Part shown: in pieces, positions 7,934-16,777 of the stretch
Position numbering within the stretch: position 1 is the first letter of the stretch
Layout: every line of letters starts with the position of its first letter
NCBI GenBank assembly: GCA_013285915.1
Contig: JABDGS010000001.1
Location: 24,394-88,393, forward strand
Direction of reading: 5' to 3'
DNA length: 64,000 bases
Source: Bacteroidota bacterium
GTDB taxonomy: Bacteria > Bacteroidota > Bacteroidia > Chitinophagales > Chitinophagaceae
The notes under the pieces: model-generated
The model's input: only the letters and a program-made list of their open reading frames with translations
What the model was told of the DNA's origin: nothing
Database searches by the model: none
Position numbers and translations under genes: made by a program

Positions 7934-10065
7934 TAATTATTTGCTTTTTGCAGGTTTTTAAAATATTGTTGCTGTAACTGGTTATATGGTTGGGCAACCG
8001 TTTTTTGTGGAAGCTGTCCCGGAGCAGCTATTATTTTCTGCAACGCACTTTCTGCTGTTTGTATATCTGTAAGGGAGGCTTTTCCGCCACCTTGCAAGGT
8101 CTCTAAAATCTTTTTGAGCGATTGCAACCCCTGTAAGTACACCGCAGGCTCAGCAGCAGCTTTGTTGCTAACAACTTGTAAAGCCTGTTGCAAAACCTGC
8201 ATATCATTAACGGTTATGTGCGGTGTAACTTTTAATTCTTCCAGCGCAGATAATGATGCTGCCACCGTTTGGTTGACACCAGTAACTTGCGGAATAGTGG
8301 TTTGTGTTTGCGGCTCAATTATTTTACTAAGGTCTCCGGTTAAGCGTTTCTCCGGTTTTAAAGGTGTTGTTTTAGATGTGGTTTTTGCAACATACACCCG
8401 CGATTTTTGCTGCAGGTCTTTTAGCAGGCGCAGTGCTTTATATTCATAAGGCAATGCATCCTGCGGTTTAAAGGTACGCAGCCGCATTTCGGCCCCCCAC
8501 ATCTCTGTCAGCGTTGCCTTTAGCTGTTGCTTTATGTCGTCGGTAAAAAATGTGGCATCTTCAGCGTTATCATGCTTATCTGAAAATGCATCCAGTATTG
8601 CACTGGCCTTGCCAAAGTTTTTTGGGTCGTTTAGGTCACCGGCTTCAACATCACCACCTTCATTACTCTCATTTTCTTCACCCAAAAATTTCCCATAACG
8701 CAGGCGCAGCAGTTTTTGATCAATACCCAAATTATTACTGCGGTTTTTAAAATCCTCAACACGCAGCGTGTCTTTATCTTTCAGCAGTTGTTCTGTCTCA
8801 ATTATTATCTGCCGTTCGCTCCTGAAAAACTCTGGCTTTAGTTTTACATTGCCCAGCAACACATCGCTTTCCATCAATTGCGCTGTATCTGCCAGCGTAA
8901 CAATGTACATGTCGCTGCGCTTTTCCTGGTTGTTATTGTCAGTAGCTTTTATATAAAAATATAATTCATCGGCAGGCTGCATGCCCAGCGCAGCAAGGTC
9001 AACCATTTTTTGCAACTGGTATTGCTCTAACTGCCTGTTAAAACTGGTGGCGAATGTTATGTTTTGTTCTTTAAATTTTACAGCCTCTCCGCTGCCGCTT
9101 GCAATAGTTGCTACAACGGATGCAGCTTTAACACCATAATCATCCGCCACCACAGCATTAATATTTATACGCTGCGGTTCGCCATACTCAATGGTTATGT
9201 TTGGCTTTGGTGAAGTGATGGTGATAACCGGTGGCTGGTCTTTTATCATTTCTATGCGGTAGAATTCTGACAGCTTACCATCAACCATCACCTGGTAAAA
9301 ACCACTGCTGGTGATTGTTTTAACAGCGCGGCATGCTTTGCTTTGGTTATTGGTATAATGCAATTGCTGCGTAGTTGAATCGTTAAACAATAGGCGGATA
9401 TTTTTTTGGCCGCCACCGGGTTCAACCTCCCAGGCAACAATTGAGCCTTCTTCCACTTTTAAATTAAATTGGTTTTGTTCCCTTTGTGTATGCTTTGTAT
9501 ATGCCGGCGGCACAATAGTAACTTTTACCGATTGTATGCCCTGCGGTATTTTTTCTGTTGGGGTGTTGTTTGTAACTGATTTGTTATTGTTGTTTGATGA
9601 ATGATTGAAATGCACGGGCACCACTGCCAGCCCCGCACCAACGGCACAGAGCAGCAACAACGTTATTGATGAAGTGCGTAATGGCCTTGTAAGTTGTTTT
9701 GGTGAGGTTATTTGCAGTAATGCAGCAAATGTTCTTTCAGCCTGTAATGTTTCCAGCAAGTTTAGTTCGTTCACGGGTTTTAATAACAGCCCGCAGCTTT
9801 CTTCCAGTTCACTATAATTAGTATTTAAAAAACTTGTGACAACTGTGTTTGTAATTTGCCAGGGGCGTTTTGCAAACAGCAGGGCGGCGCACAAACCAAT
9901 AAACGAAGGAATAATAAACCAGGGGGGGAGAGCGAAAAGCTTGTATAATAAAATACCTGCAACAAAAGCACAACCCGCACTAATAAAGACGATTGCTATG
10001 ACTGAATTGGTAATCCATTTTTTTCTTAATGTCTGAATAATATTGATGCCGCTTACCTCACGCAT
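7933..10065 (-). CDS. Large uncharacterised membrane protein (possibly DUF4175-like)
   Basis: 710-aa ORF with N-terminal TM hairpin and a helical C-terminal half (EMWGAEMRLRTFKPQDALPYEYKALRLLKDLQ). It overlaps the upstream BatA-domain gene by 8 nt. The family assignment is tentative. Confidence 0.55.
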   Translation of the reverse strand: MREVSGINIIQTLRKKWITNSVIAIVFISAGCAFVAGILLYKLFALPPWFIIPSFIGLCAALLFAKRPWQITNTVVTSFLNTNYSELEESCGLLLKPVNELNLLETLQAERTFAALLQITSPKQLTRPLRTSSITLLLLCAVGAGLAVVPVHFNHSSNNNNKSVTNNTPTEKIPQGIQSVKVTIVPPAYTKHTQREQNQFNLKVEEGSIVAWEVEPGGGQKNIRLLFNDSTTQQLHYTNNQSKACRAVKTITSSGFYQVMVDGKLSEFYRIEMIKDQPPVITITSPKPNITIEYGEPQRININAVVADDYGVKAASVVATIASGSGEAVKFKEQNITFATSFNRQLEQYQLQKMVDLAALGMQPADELYFYIKATDNNNQEKRSDMYIVTLADTAQLMESDVLLGNVKLKPEFFRSERQIIIETEQLLKDKDTLRVEDFKNRSNNLGIDQKLLRLRYGKFLGEENESNEGGDVEAGDLNDPKNFGKASAILDAFSDKHDNAEDATFFTDDIKQQLKATLTEMWGAEMRLRTFKPQDALPYEYKALRLLKDLQQKSRVYVAKTTSKTTPLKPEKRLTGDLSKIIEPQTQTTIPQVTGVNQTVAASLSALEELKVTPHITVNDMQVLQQALQVVSNKAAAEPAVYLQGLQSLKKILETLQGGGKASLTDIQTAESALQKIIAAPGQLPQKTVAQPYNQLQQQYFKNLQKANN

Positions 10066-11497
10066 ACACCCGCTCCTTTTTTGCTTTTAATGATACCAGC
10101 CTCTCAATAAGAAAAATTATACATGCCGCGAGCCAAAATGCAGGTGATATATCAGTTGAATTGTTTAGTTGTGATAAAGCCCCGCTGTTTTCTTTCAACT
10201 TGTATGGCTGCAACTGCCTGCTATCAATAACGCGTTTATCTTTTTGATTGATGGTGCCGGATCCACCACCCGGATATAGCAACGAATATATCATTTGCGG
10301 AAACTGGTTGTTCCACACCAAATCGTTCCATGATGCATCAAAATGGCTGTAAAAACTGTAAATATTTGCAGTGCCGGATTGCTTTGCAAGCAGAGGATTG
10401 CCATAGCCATCCGCCCAAATGGTTTGCACGCCTGTGTTAAGATTATTGGTTGAGCGTATATGTTTATACAGCGCAGCTTGTGCGCCTGTTGCTGATTGGT
10501 TGGGGCCTGCTAATATGGCGGATTGTATATTTTCAACCTGGCCTGTTTGATACATGAAAATATTTTTTGCCTGTACACCGGCAGGTATTGGCTGGCTTGA
10601 AAGCCAAAATAACCAATCAATATTTGCAGGTAAACCACTTACATTATTTAAAACAGAAGTAACTATTTTTCTTTTGCTAAACTGCTGCACAGCATCAATG
10701 GCGGCCTTTATATAGCCAGCATCTGTTATATTATCCTTTGCATAAACGGCAACGTGCAGAGTGTTTGTATCAATTGGAATAGTTATATTTTGTTGAGTTG
10801 TTTTAGCTATATCATTATAAGTGTTATAAGTGCCGATGGCGGTGCTGGCTGCAGTTGTAATATGCAGGCTGTCTGTGCTGGTTTCATAAGCACCCGCAGT
10901 GTATGTAGAAGTATCAGCCGGTATGTAAGTAAACCAATGCATATTTGCTGTTACCCCAGCACGGTTACTATTAAAATGGGTGAGATAACTGTTTGTAAAA
11001 ATGAATAATGGAGTAGAAGCATTAGTGCCCCTATTTAGTCGCACAATATCTGCCCAATAGTCAACGGCAGTTATGGTTGAATCCGGCTTTTCACTTAACG
11101 CAGCAGAAAGGTCTTTCTTTTCAAAACCCGTATTAAAATAATGAAATTCAAAACCGGCGGCAAGCAGTGAATCAACCTGTGGTTTAAAATGATTGTAGGT
11201 GTTTTGTACATCATTCTTATCCATCAATACCCAGCCTTTGCCTGCGGTATTGTCAGCCCTCCAGCGAGGCTGGGAGAGGAGCAGCGCAAGCAGCATAATT
11301 AGCAGGCAACGCAGTAACAGCAGCAACAGGTCGTGCAGTTTTATGCTGCTTGTAGTTTTTACGGCATCTTTTGTTAACAGTGCAACGCTGCCCACTTTTA
11401 ATATTTTTCCCTGCTGCACATTCCACAAGTGAAGGATGATGGGAATGAGCACTGCGGTGGCCGCGAACAAATACACAGGTTGCAAAAAATAAAACAA
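10058..11497 (-). CDS. BatA (aerotolerance regulator N-terminal) domain-containing membrane protein
   Basis: The N-terminus MFYFLQPVYLFAATAVLIPIILHLWN...KILKVGSVALL matches the double-TM BatA_N type. It has a C-terminal TM and sits 3 nt after the DUF58 gene. Confidence 0.7.
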   Translation of the reverse strand: MFYFLQPVYLFAATAVLIPIILHLWNVQQGKILKVGSVALLTKDAVKTTSSIKLHDLLLLLLRCLLIMLLALLLSQPRWRADNTAGKGWVLMDKNDVQNTYNHFKPQVDSLLAAGFEFHYFNTGFEKKDLSAALSEKPDSTITAVDYWADIVRLNRGTNASTPLFIFTNSYLTHFNSNRAGVTANMHWFTYIPADTSTYTAGAYETSTDSLHITTAASTAIGTYNTYNDIAKTTQQNITIPIDTNTLHVAVYAKDNITDAGYIKAAIDAVQQFSKRKIVTSVLNNVSGLPANIDWLFWLSSQPIPAGVQAKNIFMYQTGQVENIQSAILAGPNQSATGAQAALYKHIRSTNNLNTGVQTIWADGYGNPLLAKQSGTANIYSFYSHFDASWNDLVWNNQFPQMIYSLLYPGGGSGTINQKDKRVIDSRQLQPYKLKENSGALSQLNNSTDISPAFWLAACIIFLIERLVSLKAKKERVYA

Positions 11498-11500
11498 TGT

Positions 11501-12388
11501 TTACGCTTTTAATTTATTACGCTGGTTAAGAAAATCTTTTAATGCCTGGTCTAAAGGCTGCTGCATATTTATCAGCCTGTAAAAAATGTTCCTGTTAAGC
11601 AATTGCTGCCTTATGGATGATAAATATTGCTGCAAGTTTTGTTTGTATGCCGTTGCATACCTGCCAGAATCGATATTAATTACCTCGCCGGTTTCCAGGT
11701 CTTCCAGCGATGTAAAACCTTTATAATCCAATTCCATTTCGTTCTGTGCCAGTATGTGAAAAACGATCATTTCATGTTTTTGCGCGCTCAGTTCATCCAG
11801 CAGTTTAAATATCTCGCCATTTTCCTGGTACAGGTCTGTTATAAAAATCAATAATTCCTTTTTTGTTGAACCTGCAAAAATGTCTTTGTACTGCACAGGT
11901 TCAGTAAACCTGCCGCCCGGCTGAATATTTTCCAACTGGAAATACAACCGCGAAAAATGCTGATGATCTTTTTTTGAAGGCAGCACAAATAGCTGGTTAT
12001 TCTGCAACACATACAACCCCACTGAATCGTTCTGCTGGTTGGCAAGATAGGTGAGCGAGGCCGCCAGGTATTTAGCATATTCAATTTTTGTTATGCCGTT
12101 GTCAGCGTGGTTCATAGATGCGCTTGCATCAATTACAAACCGTACAGATATACTTGTTTCAATCTCCGATTCGCGTATATAATACCTGTCGCTGCGGGCA
12201 TACATTTTCCAGTCAAGCCAGCGCAGGTCGTCCCCCGGCTGGTAACTGCGGTACTGGCTAAATTCAAGCCCTGGCCCCTTAACCTTGCTTTTATTAATGC
12301 CCTGCATAAACCCGTCAATAGTGGTTTTGGCCGCCAACTGCAGGTTTTTAATGGTCATTAATATTTTGGGGTCGAGTAAACGGCTCAT
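11501..12388 (-). CDS. DUF58 domain-containing protein (vWA-like, MoxR partner)
   Basis: ORF 11501..12457. The first 23 codons read through a GC-rich hairpin repeat, so MSRLLDPKILMTIKNLQLAAK at 12388 is the likelier start. It has the motif FSQYRSYQPGDDLRWLDWKMYARSDRYYIRE typical of DUF58. Confidence 0.8.
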   Translation of the reverse strand: MSRLLDPKILMTIKNLQLAAKTTIDGFMQGINKSKVKGPGLEFSQYRSYQPGDDLRWLDWKMYARSDRYYIRESEIETSISVRFVIDASASMNHADNGITKIEYAKYLAASLTYLANQQNDSVGLYVLQNNQLFVLPSKKDHQHFSRLYFQLENIQPGGRFTEPVQYKDIFAGSTKKELLIFITDLYQENGEIFKLLDELSAQKHEMIVFHILAQNEMELDYKGFTSLEDLETGEVINIDSGRYATAYKQNLQQYLSSIRQQLLNRNIFYRLINMQQPLDQALKDFLNQRNKLKA

Positions 12389-12563
12389 AAGAGAATCGGC
12401 CCCCTTCCCGGCCTTCCCCCCATAGGGGAAGGTGTTACGATGAACGAAGCGAGACAATATCTATATATGCCAATTTTTAATGGCTTCTCTTTTCGAACAA
12501 CACTTGAATTCATTTTATGTGATCGCATCTCCACTTCGCCCATCAATTTTAAATATTTACTTA

Positions 12564-12756
12564 TTGAGGTCGCATTTTGCGACCTCAAAGTTTCACCTTT
12601 TTGTATCACAAAGCTTTACGTTGAACACTATCTTGCCTTCTATTATGTCGTCACAAACTGTGATGACATCTTGTAATATGCAGTCACAATTTGTGACTGC
12701 ATAACTCTAATTTGTTGATTTTCATTTAATTCCAGCCATCCGGTCGCAAATTGCGA
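12564..12756. repeat. Array of four related perfect or near-perfect hairpins (GTCRCA-N3-TGYGAC core)
   Basis: 12564..12588 is ttgaggtcgcaTTTtgcgacctcaa, a perfect 11-bp stem. 12645..12669 is atgtcgtcacaAACtgtgatgacat, with one G-T pair. 12678..12702 is atgcagtcacaATTtgtgactgcat, perfect. 12742..12756 is gtcgcaAATtgcgac. Confidence 0.75.
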
Positions 12757-12806
12757 CTGCATACTTATCCTTCTAATCAACCAATCAACTACTATCTTCT
12801 AACACC

Positions 12807-14672
12807 TCAATTCTCCGCATGCGCCACTGCACCGCCTTCCACCGGTACCCAAACCTGCAACGGTGATGCCTGCTGACCTGCATCTGCAAACGGCACCAGA
12901 ACCAGCACTTCCTTCTTTTTAATATCTTCCCTGCTAACTGAATACGCTTGCCTGCCCACCCAATAGCGGGGCAGGTTAATGGCAACGTCTTCAACCGTTA
13001 ACTTACGGGCATCGGTAAAATTGGCGGACACATTTATGCTGCGCCCAACATTTAGCAACGAATCAACAGCCAATACCTGCGGGCCGCGTTTAAAAGCAAC
13101 AAAACCTTTATAAGTAGGGTCGCCTTTTATAATTTGCAAAGGCATATCAAACTGCACATCCACTTTATCATCGGCCTGCCATACGCGGTTAATACTTACT
13201 TCATCATTACCGGTAATATTTTGGCTTGTTCCATTTATGGTAAGCCTGTAATTAACCGCCCATGAAGGAATGCGAAAATTAAGGGTGAATTTTTTTGACT
13301 GAGAAGGCTTTACCGTGTACACCACCTCACCTTCTTTTGGAAAGCTGGATGAGGCTGTAAGCTGCATCGTTATGTTAGCGCCATCATCAGTGGTAATATT
13401 TTCTTTTACAAAACCAGGCTCATACATCAGCACGGTAAACTGCTTATTAACCTTGCCCCAAATAACGCCCGGTATAAGCGATATACCCCTTGGTACGCTT
13501 GATAGGCAGCATGAAAAACCCTGGTCGCAACGATAAGGTTTTGCACCCTGTAAAGCAGTGTAATAACTAACGCAGCCTGTTTCAGGGTTCTCGGCGGCAA
13601 ACAGGTGGTTATATACCGCCTTCTCAATTTCTTCAGCGTATTTCATTTCCCCGGTTATCTTAAGCATCTGCTCGTTAAACTGTATCCAGGTAACTGTAAC
13701 GCAACCTTCGCCCATATGCACATCATTGCCCGCCGGCAGTTGGTGGTCTGGCGTAAAAATCTCGCCCACACTGGCTGTGCCAGTTATGTACAGGCGTTTG
13801 CTTACAATATCCTGCCAGGCAGTTTCCAGTATCTTAAAATATTTTTCATCACCGGTTAGTTTGTAGTATTTTAAAATACCAACAAAACAGCTAAGCATCT
13901 CATAAGCTTTTGCATCGCCCACTTTTGTAACATCACCAAATTGCTGCAGCGCGGTAAATAGTTTTGGGCCTGTCGCAGTCTCCCAATTGCTTAATATGTA
14001 TTGACAAAAAGCCAGGTACTTTTTATCGCCGGTGTAGCGGTACAGATCAACCATCGGCTCTAATATGCTGCCTGGCGCAAGGCCAACATGCTCGCCATGT
14101 GTATTTAAATCCAACTGGCCGGAGCCGTTACCAAATGTGCGGCAAATTAGGTCTGCAGCCCTCTTAGCTGTTTCAAGTGCGGCCTTGTTGCCGGTGATGG
14201 AATAATAATTTAGCAGCCCAATAATTGCGTATTTATGCGCCCACACATCCCACTCTGTCCAGCGGTCTTTTAACAGGTAGGTACCAATATAGCCATCAGG
14301 CATTTGCGTGGCTATATACTTGCGAACCATATCATCCATCAGCGCTTTTAGCCTGGCATCGTGTGTATAAGCATACGTTCTTGATGCTGAAAACAAAAAC
14401 TTGCCTACATGCTCCCCAATCCATGTTTGAGAGCCGGGCCTGTGCACAAAGCCGGAAAGCAATATGCCTGAATCAATTTTTAATAAGCGCTTATCGAGGT
14501 TTATATATACATGGTCGTTAAGCAACCCGCTGAATTCTTCCAGGCCTGCAGGTGTATATTTTTCCTGTATCCTATTAGGGATGATAGGCTGCCACATATC
14601 TGTTGAGTCAACAGATGCAACAGCATGTGCAGCGACAATGATAAAAATGATGAAGGAGAGCATTTTTTTCAT
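12807..14672 (-). CDS. Glycoside hydrolase family 127 (beta-L-arabinofuranosidase-like, DUF1680), secreted
   Basis: 621 aa with signal peptide MKKMLSFIIFIIVAAHAVAS. It carries GEGCVTV and FSCCLSSVPRG motifs, consistent with the Glu/Cys Zn site and catalytic Cys of the HypBA1 family. Confidence 0.85.
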   Translation of the reverse strand: MKKMLSFIIFIIVAAHAVASVDSTDMWQPIIPNRIQEKYTPAGLEEFSGLLNDHVYINLDKRLLKIDSGILLSGFVHRPGSQTWIGEHVGKFLFSASRTYAYTHDARLKALMDDMVRKYIATQMPDGYIGTYLLKDRWTEWDVWAHKYAIIGLLNYYSITGNKAALETAKRAADLICRTFGNGSGQLDLNTHGEHVGLAPGSILEPMVDLYRYTGDKKYLAFCQYILSNWETATGPKLFTALQQFGDVTKVGDAKAYEMLSCFVGILKYYKLTGDEKYFKILETAWQDIVSKRLYITGTASVGEIFTPDHQLPAGNDVHMGEGCVTVTWIQFNEQMLKITGEMKYAEEIEKAVYNHLFAAENPETGCVSYYTALQGAKPYRCDQGFSCCLSSVPRGISLIPGVIWGKVNKQFTVLMYEPGFVKENITTDDGANITMQLTASSSFPKEGEVVYTVKPSQSKKFTLNFRIPSWAVNYRLTINGTSQNITGNDEVSINRVWQADDKVDVQFDMPLQIIKGDPTYKGFVAFKRGPQVLAVDSLLNVGRSINVSANFTDARKLTVEDVAINLPRYWVGRQAYSVSREDIKKKEVLVLVPFADAGQQASPLQVWVPVEGGAVAHAEN

Positions 14673-14683
14673 ATTACAGGCAT

Positions 14684-15685
14684 TTATTGTATAACTGTTT
14701 TTGGCCGCTGTATATTTTTCAACAGCTCGGCAGTAACGTTATCGGCGATAATATTTTCCGCATCAGCTTTAAAATTCATCAACACCCGGTGGCGTAAAAC
14801 GGGGTAGGCCATAGCGTGAAGATCTTCCATCAACACGGCATACCTTCCTTTAAACAGCGCCCTTGCCTTGGCCGTTAATATAAGGCTTTGCCCTGCACGC
14901 GGCCCGGCGCCCCAGCGAACCCAATCCTTTACATAATTAACGGTTGTGGTATCTGGCCGCGTAGCACGAATAAGGTTACTCACGTAAGTTATCAAATCTT
15001 CGCTAATACTAACCTCGCGCACCAGCTTTTGCATTTGTATTATCTCATCTGCGGCCAATACAGGCTCAACCGTTGCCTTTTTGCTGCCCGTGGTAGAGGT
15101 AAGTACCTGTATTTCTTCCTTATCAGTTGGGTAACCAATTTTTATATACAATAAAAACCTGTCGAGTTGCGCTTCGGGCAATGGGTAGGTACCGGCCTGT
15201 TCAATAGGGTTTTGTGTGGCGAGAATGAAGAACGGCCTGTCAAGCGGGTAGGTTTGGCCGCCATAAGTAACTTCAAACTCCTGCATAGCCTCCAGCAACG
15301 CGCTTTGTGTTTTTGGCGGTGTGCGGTTTATTTCATCAGCCAAAATAATATTCGCAAACAACGGGCCTTTGTTAAATTTAAAAAAGCGCTTGCCCGTTAC
15401 ATGGTCTTCTTCCAGTATTTCGGTGCCGATTATATCTGTAGGCATTAAATCTGGTGTAAATTGTATGCGCCTGAAACTTAAATGCAATGCCTGGCTTAAT
15501 GTTTTTACCATCAAGGTTTTTGCAAGGCCGGGCACACCTTCTAAAAGGCAGTGGCCACCGGCAAGCAGTGCCGTTAAAATTTCATCCAGCACATCATCCT
15601 GCCCGATTATTATTTTTTGTATCTCCTTTTTTAGCTGCGGTAGTTTGCCCAATAAGTCTTTTACTGCGCGTTCTGCTGTATCCAA
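14684..15685 (-). CDS. MoxR-family AAA+ ATPase
   Basis: 333 aa. Walker A is GVPGLAKT and Walker B is ILADEINR. It also has PEAQLDRF, typical of MoxR/RavA-type ATPases. Confidence 0.92.
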   Translation of the reverse strand: MDTAERAVKDLLGKLPQLKKEIQKIIIGQDDVLDEILTALLAGGHCLLEGVPGLAKTLMVKTLSQALHLSFRRIQFTPDLMPTDIIGTEILEEDHVTGKRFFKFNKGPLFANIILADEINRTPPKTQSALLEAMQEFEVTYGGQTYPLDRPFFILATQNPIEQAGTYPLPEAQLDRFLLYIKIGYPTDKEEIQVLTSTTGSKKATVEPVLAADEIIQMQKLVREVSISEDLITYVSNLIRATRPDTTTVNYVKDWVRWGAGPRAGQSLILTAKARALFKGRYAVLMEDLHAMAYPVLRHRVLMNFKADAENIIADNVTAELLKNIQRPKTVIQ

Positions 15686-16120
15686 AATGTTAGGTTTTAT
15701 GTAATATATCTATTAATGCGGTAAGGCCGGAAATTATAAAAAAATCGCGAGACGAAAACTCAAATACGGTAGTAACGGCAAATAATATGGATAAAAATGT
15801 GATTGAAAAACCGTGATAATTTGTTTTAGTATGAACGTGTATAAAACATACCCCTAAATGGGGGATGAAGTTTTCCAGGCCGTATTACTGCTTCTGCACA
15901 CAAAGTGAAATCGTGTGAAACGATTTTATTTCTTGATGTTTACGTTGCGGATTTAATGTGAGTTCGGGATAATGGAACGAAATTAACGCTTACATAGCTC
16001 CTTATCCTGTTAGCAATAAAGCGTGGTGTGCCACACCTACGGCGTGGAAGAACACTCGCTTATTGTGGTTGCTACAAAGCTTTTGCCCCTATGGGGCACA
16101 TACACCAAACATTTACTTAG

Positions 16121-16591
16121 TTAAACTGTGGCGGCTTGTTGCACAAATAAGCCAGCCGGTATTTGTATGTTGGCAAGCAGCTTGTCTTCAAGCAGGTTTG
16201 CGAATGTTTCAAAGTATACAATCACATCTTCGCGCACATTACGCTTTAACCAGCGAAAGCCGCCGGGCAAGTTTTGCAAAACCTGTTTATCCTGCAGGTA
16301 TTCAAGGTTGTGGATGTCAACCGGCGTTAAACCTATGGTTGTTAATTTATGTACCAGCAGGCTTACCGGTGCGTCTGTAATACCGCAGTAATCTTCTGCC
16401 AGTTCTGTCCACTCGCCAATGCCGGTATGCGCATACTGCAATATTTCCTGCTTGCTTAAATGGGTAACGCTTTGTAAAAGATTACCACAATTGCAAGCAC
16501 CGTGATTTCCCCAGGCGTAGTGGGCGCCGTTGCGTAAGCGTGTGGCTGTATCGCGCAGGGCTGTTATTAATTCAATATTTGGGTAAGCCAT
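16121..16591 (-). CDS. Conserved-looking hypothetical protein (156 aa)
   Basis: Clean ORF with no overlapping better ORF. It contains HGACNCGNLLQS. No family recognised. Confidence 0.5.
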   Translation of the reverse strand: MAYPNIELITALRDTATRLRNGAHYAWGNHGACNCGNLLQSVTHLSKQEILQYAHTGIGEWTELAEDYCGITDAPVSLLVHKLTTIGLTPVDIHNLEYLQDKQVLQNLPGGFRWLKRNVREDVIVYFETFANLLEDKLLANIQIPAGLFVQQAATV

Positions 16592-16777
16592 AAAATTATG
16601 TTTCGCCTCACTCTCGGTCTCTCTCCGCCCGGAGAGAGATGCCCCAAGACAAGGCTTGTTTTATCTTGAAAAATAACTCAGTCAGCTTTATCAATTCAAG
16701 GCTTTAAATCCCGTCTATCCTTTCAATCCTGAAAATCTGCGTGCCATTATTCGCTTTAATCACAATCTGCAATAACA

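Noticed and set aside
12385-12760. Possible CRISPR array or small ORFs (12385..12609, 12440..12676, 12480..12704) in the hairpin-rich gap
   Set aside because: The repeats are palindromes that differ in sequence, are irregularly spaced (about 8 to 56 nt apart) and number only four. No cas genes are present. The small ORFs are read-throughs of the hairpins in several frames.
12807-14672. Mobile element or genomic island call for the GH127 block and for the GH95/FtsX block (48226..53564)
   Set aside because: No transposase, integrase, tRNA attachment site or clear direct-repeat boundaries are visible. They are reported only as synteny anomalies, not as mobile elements.
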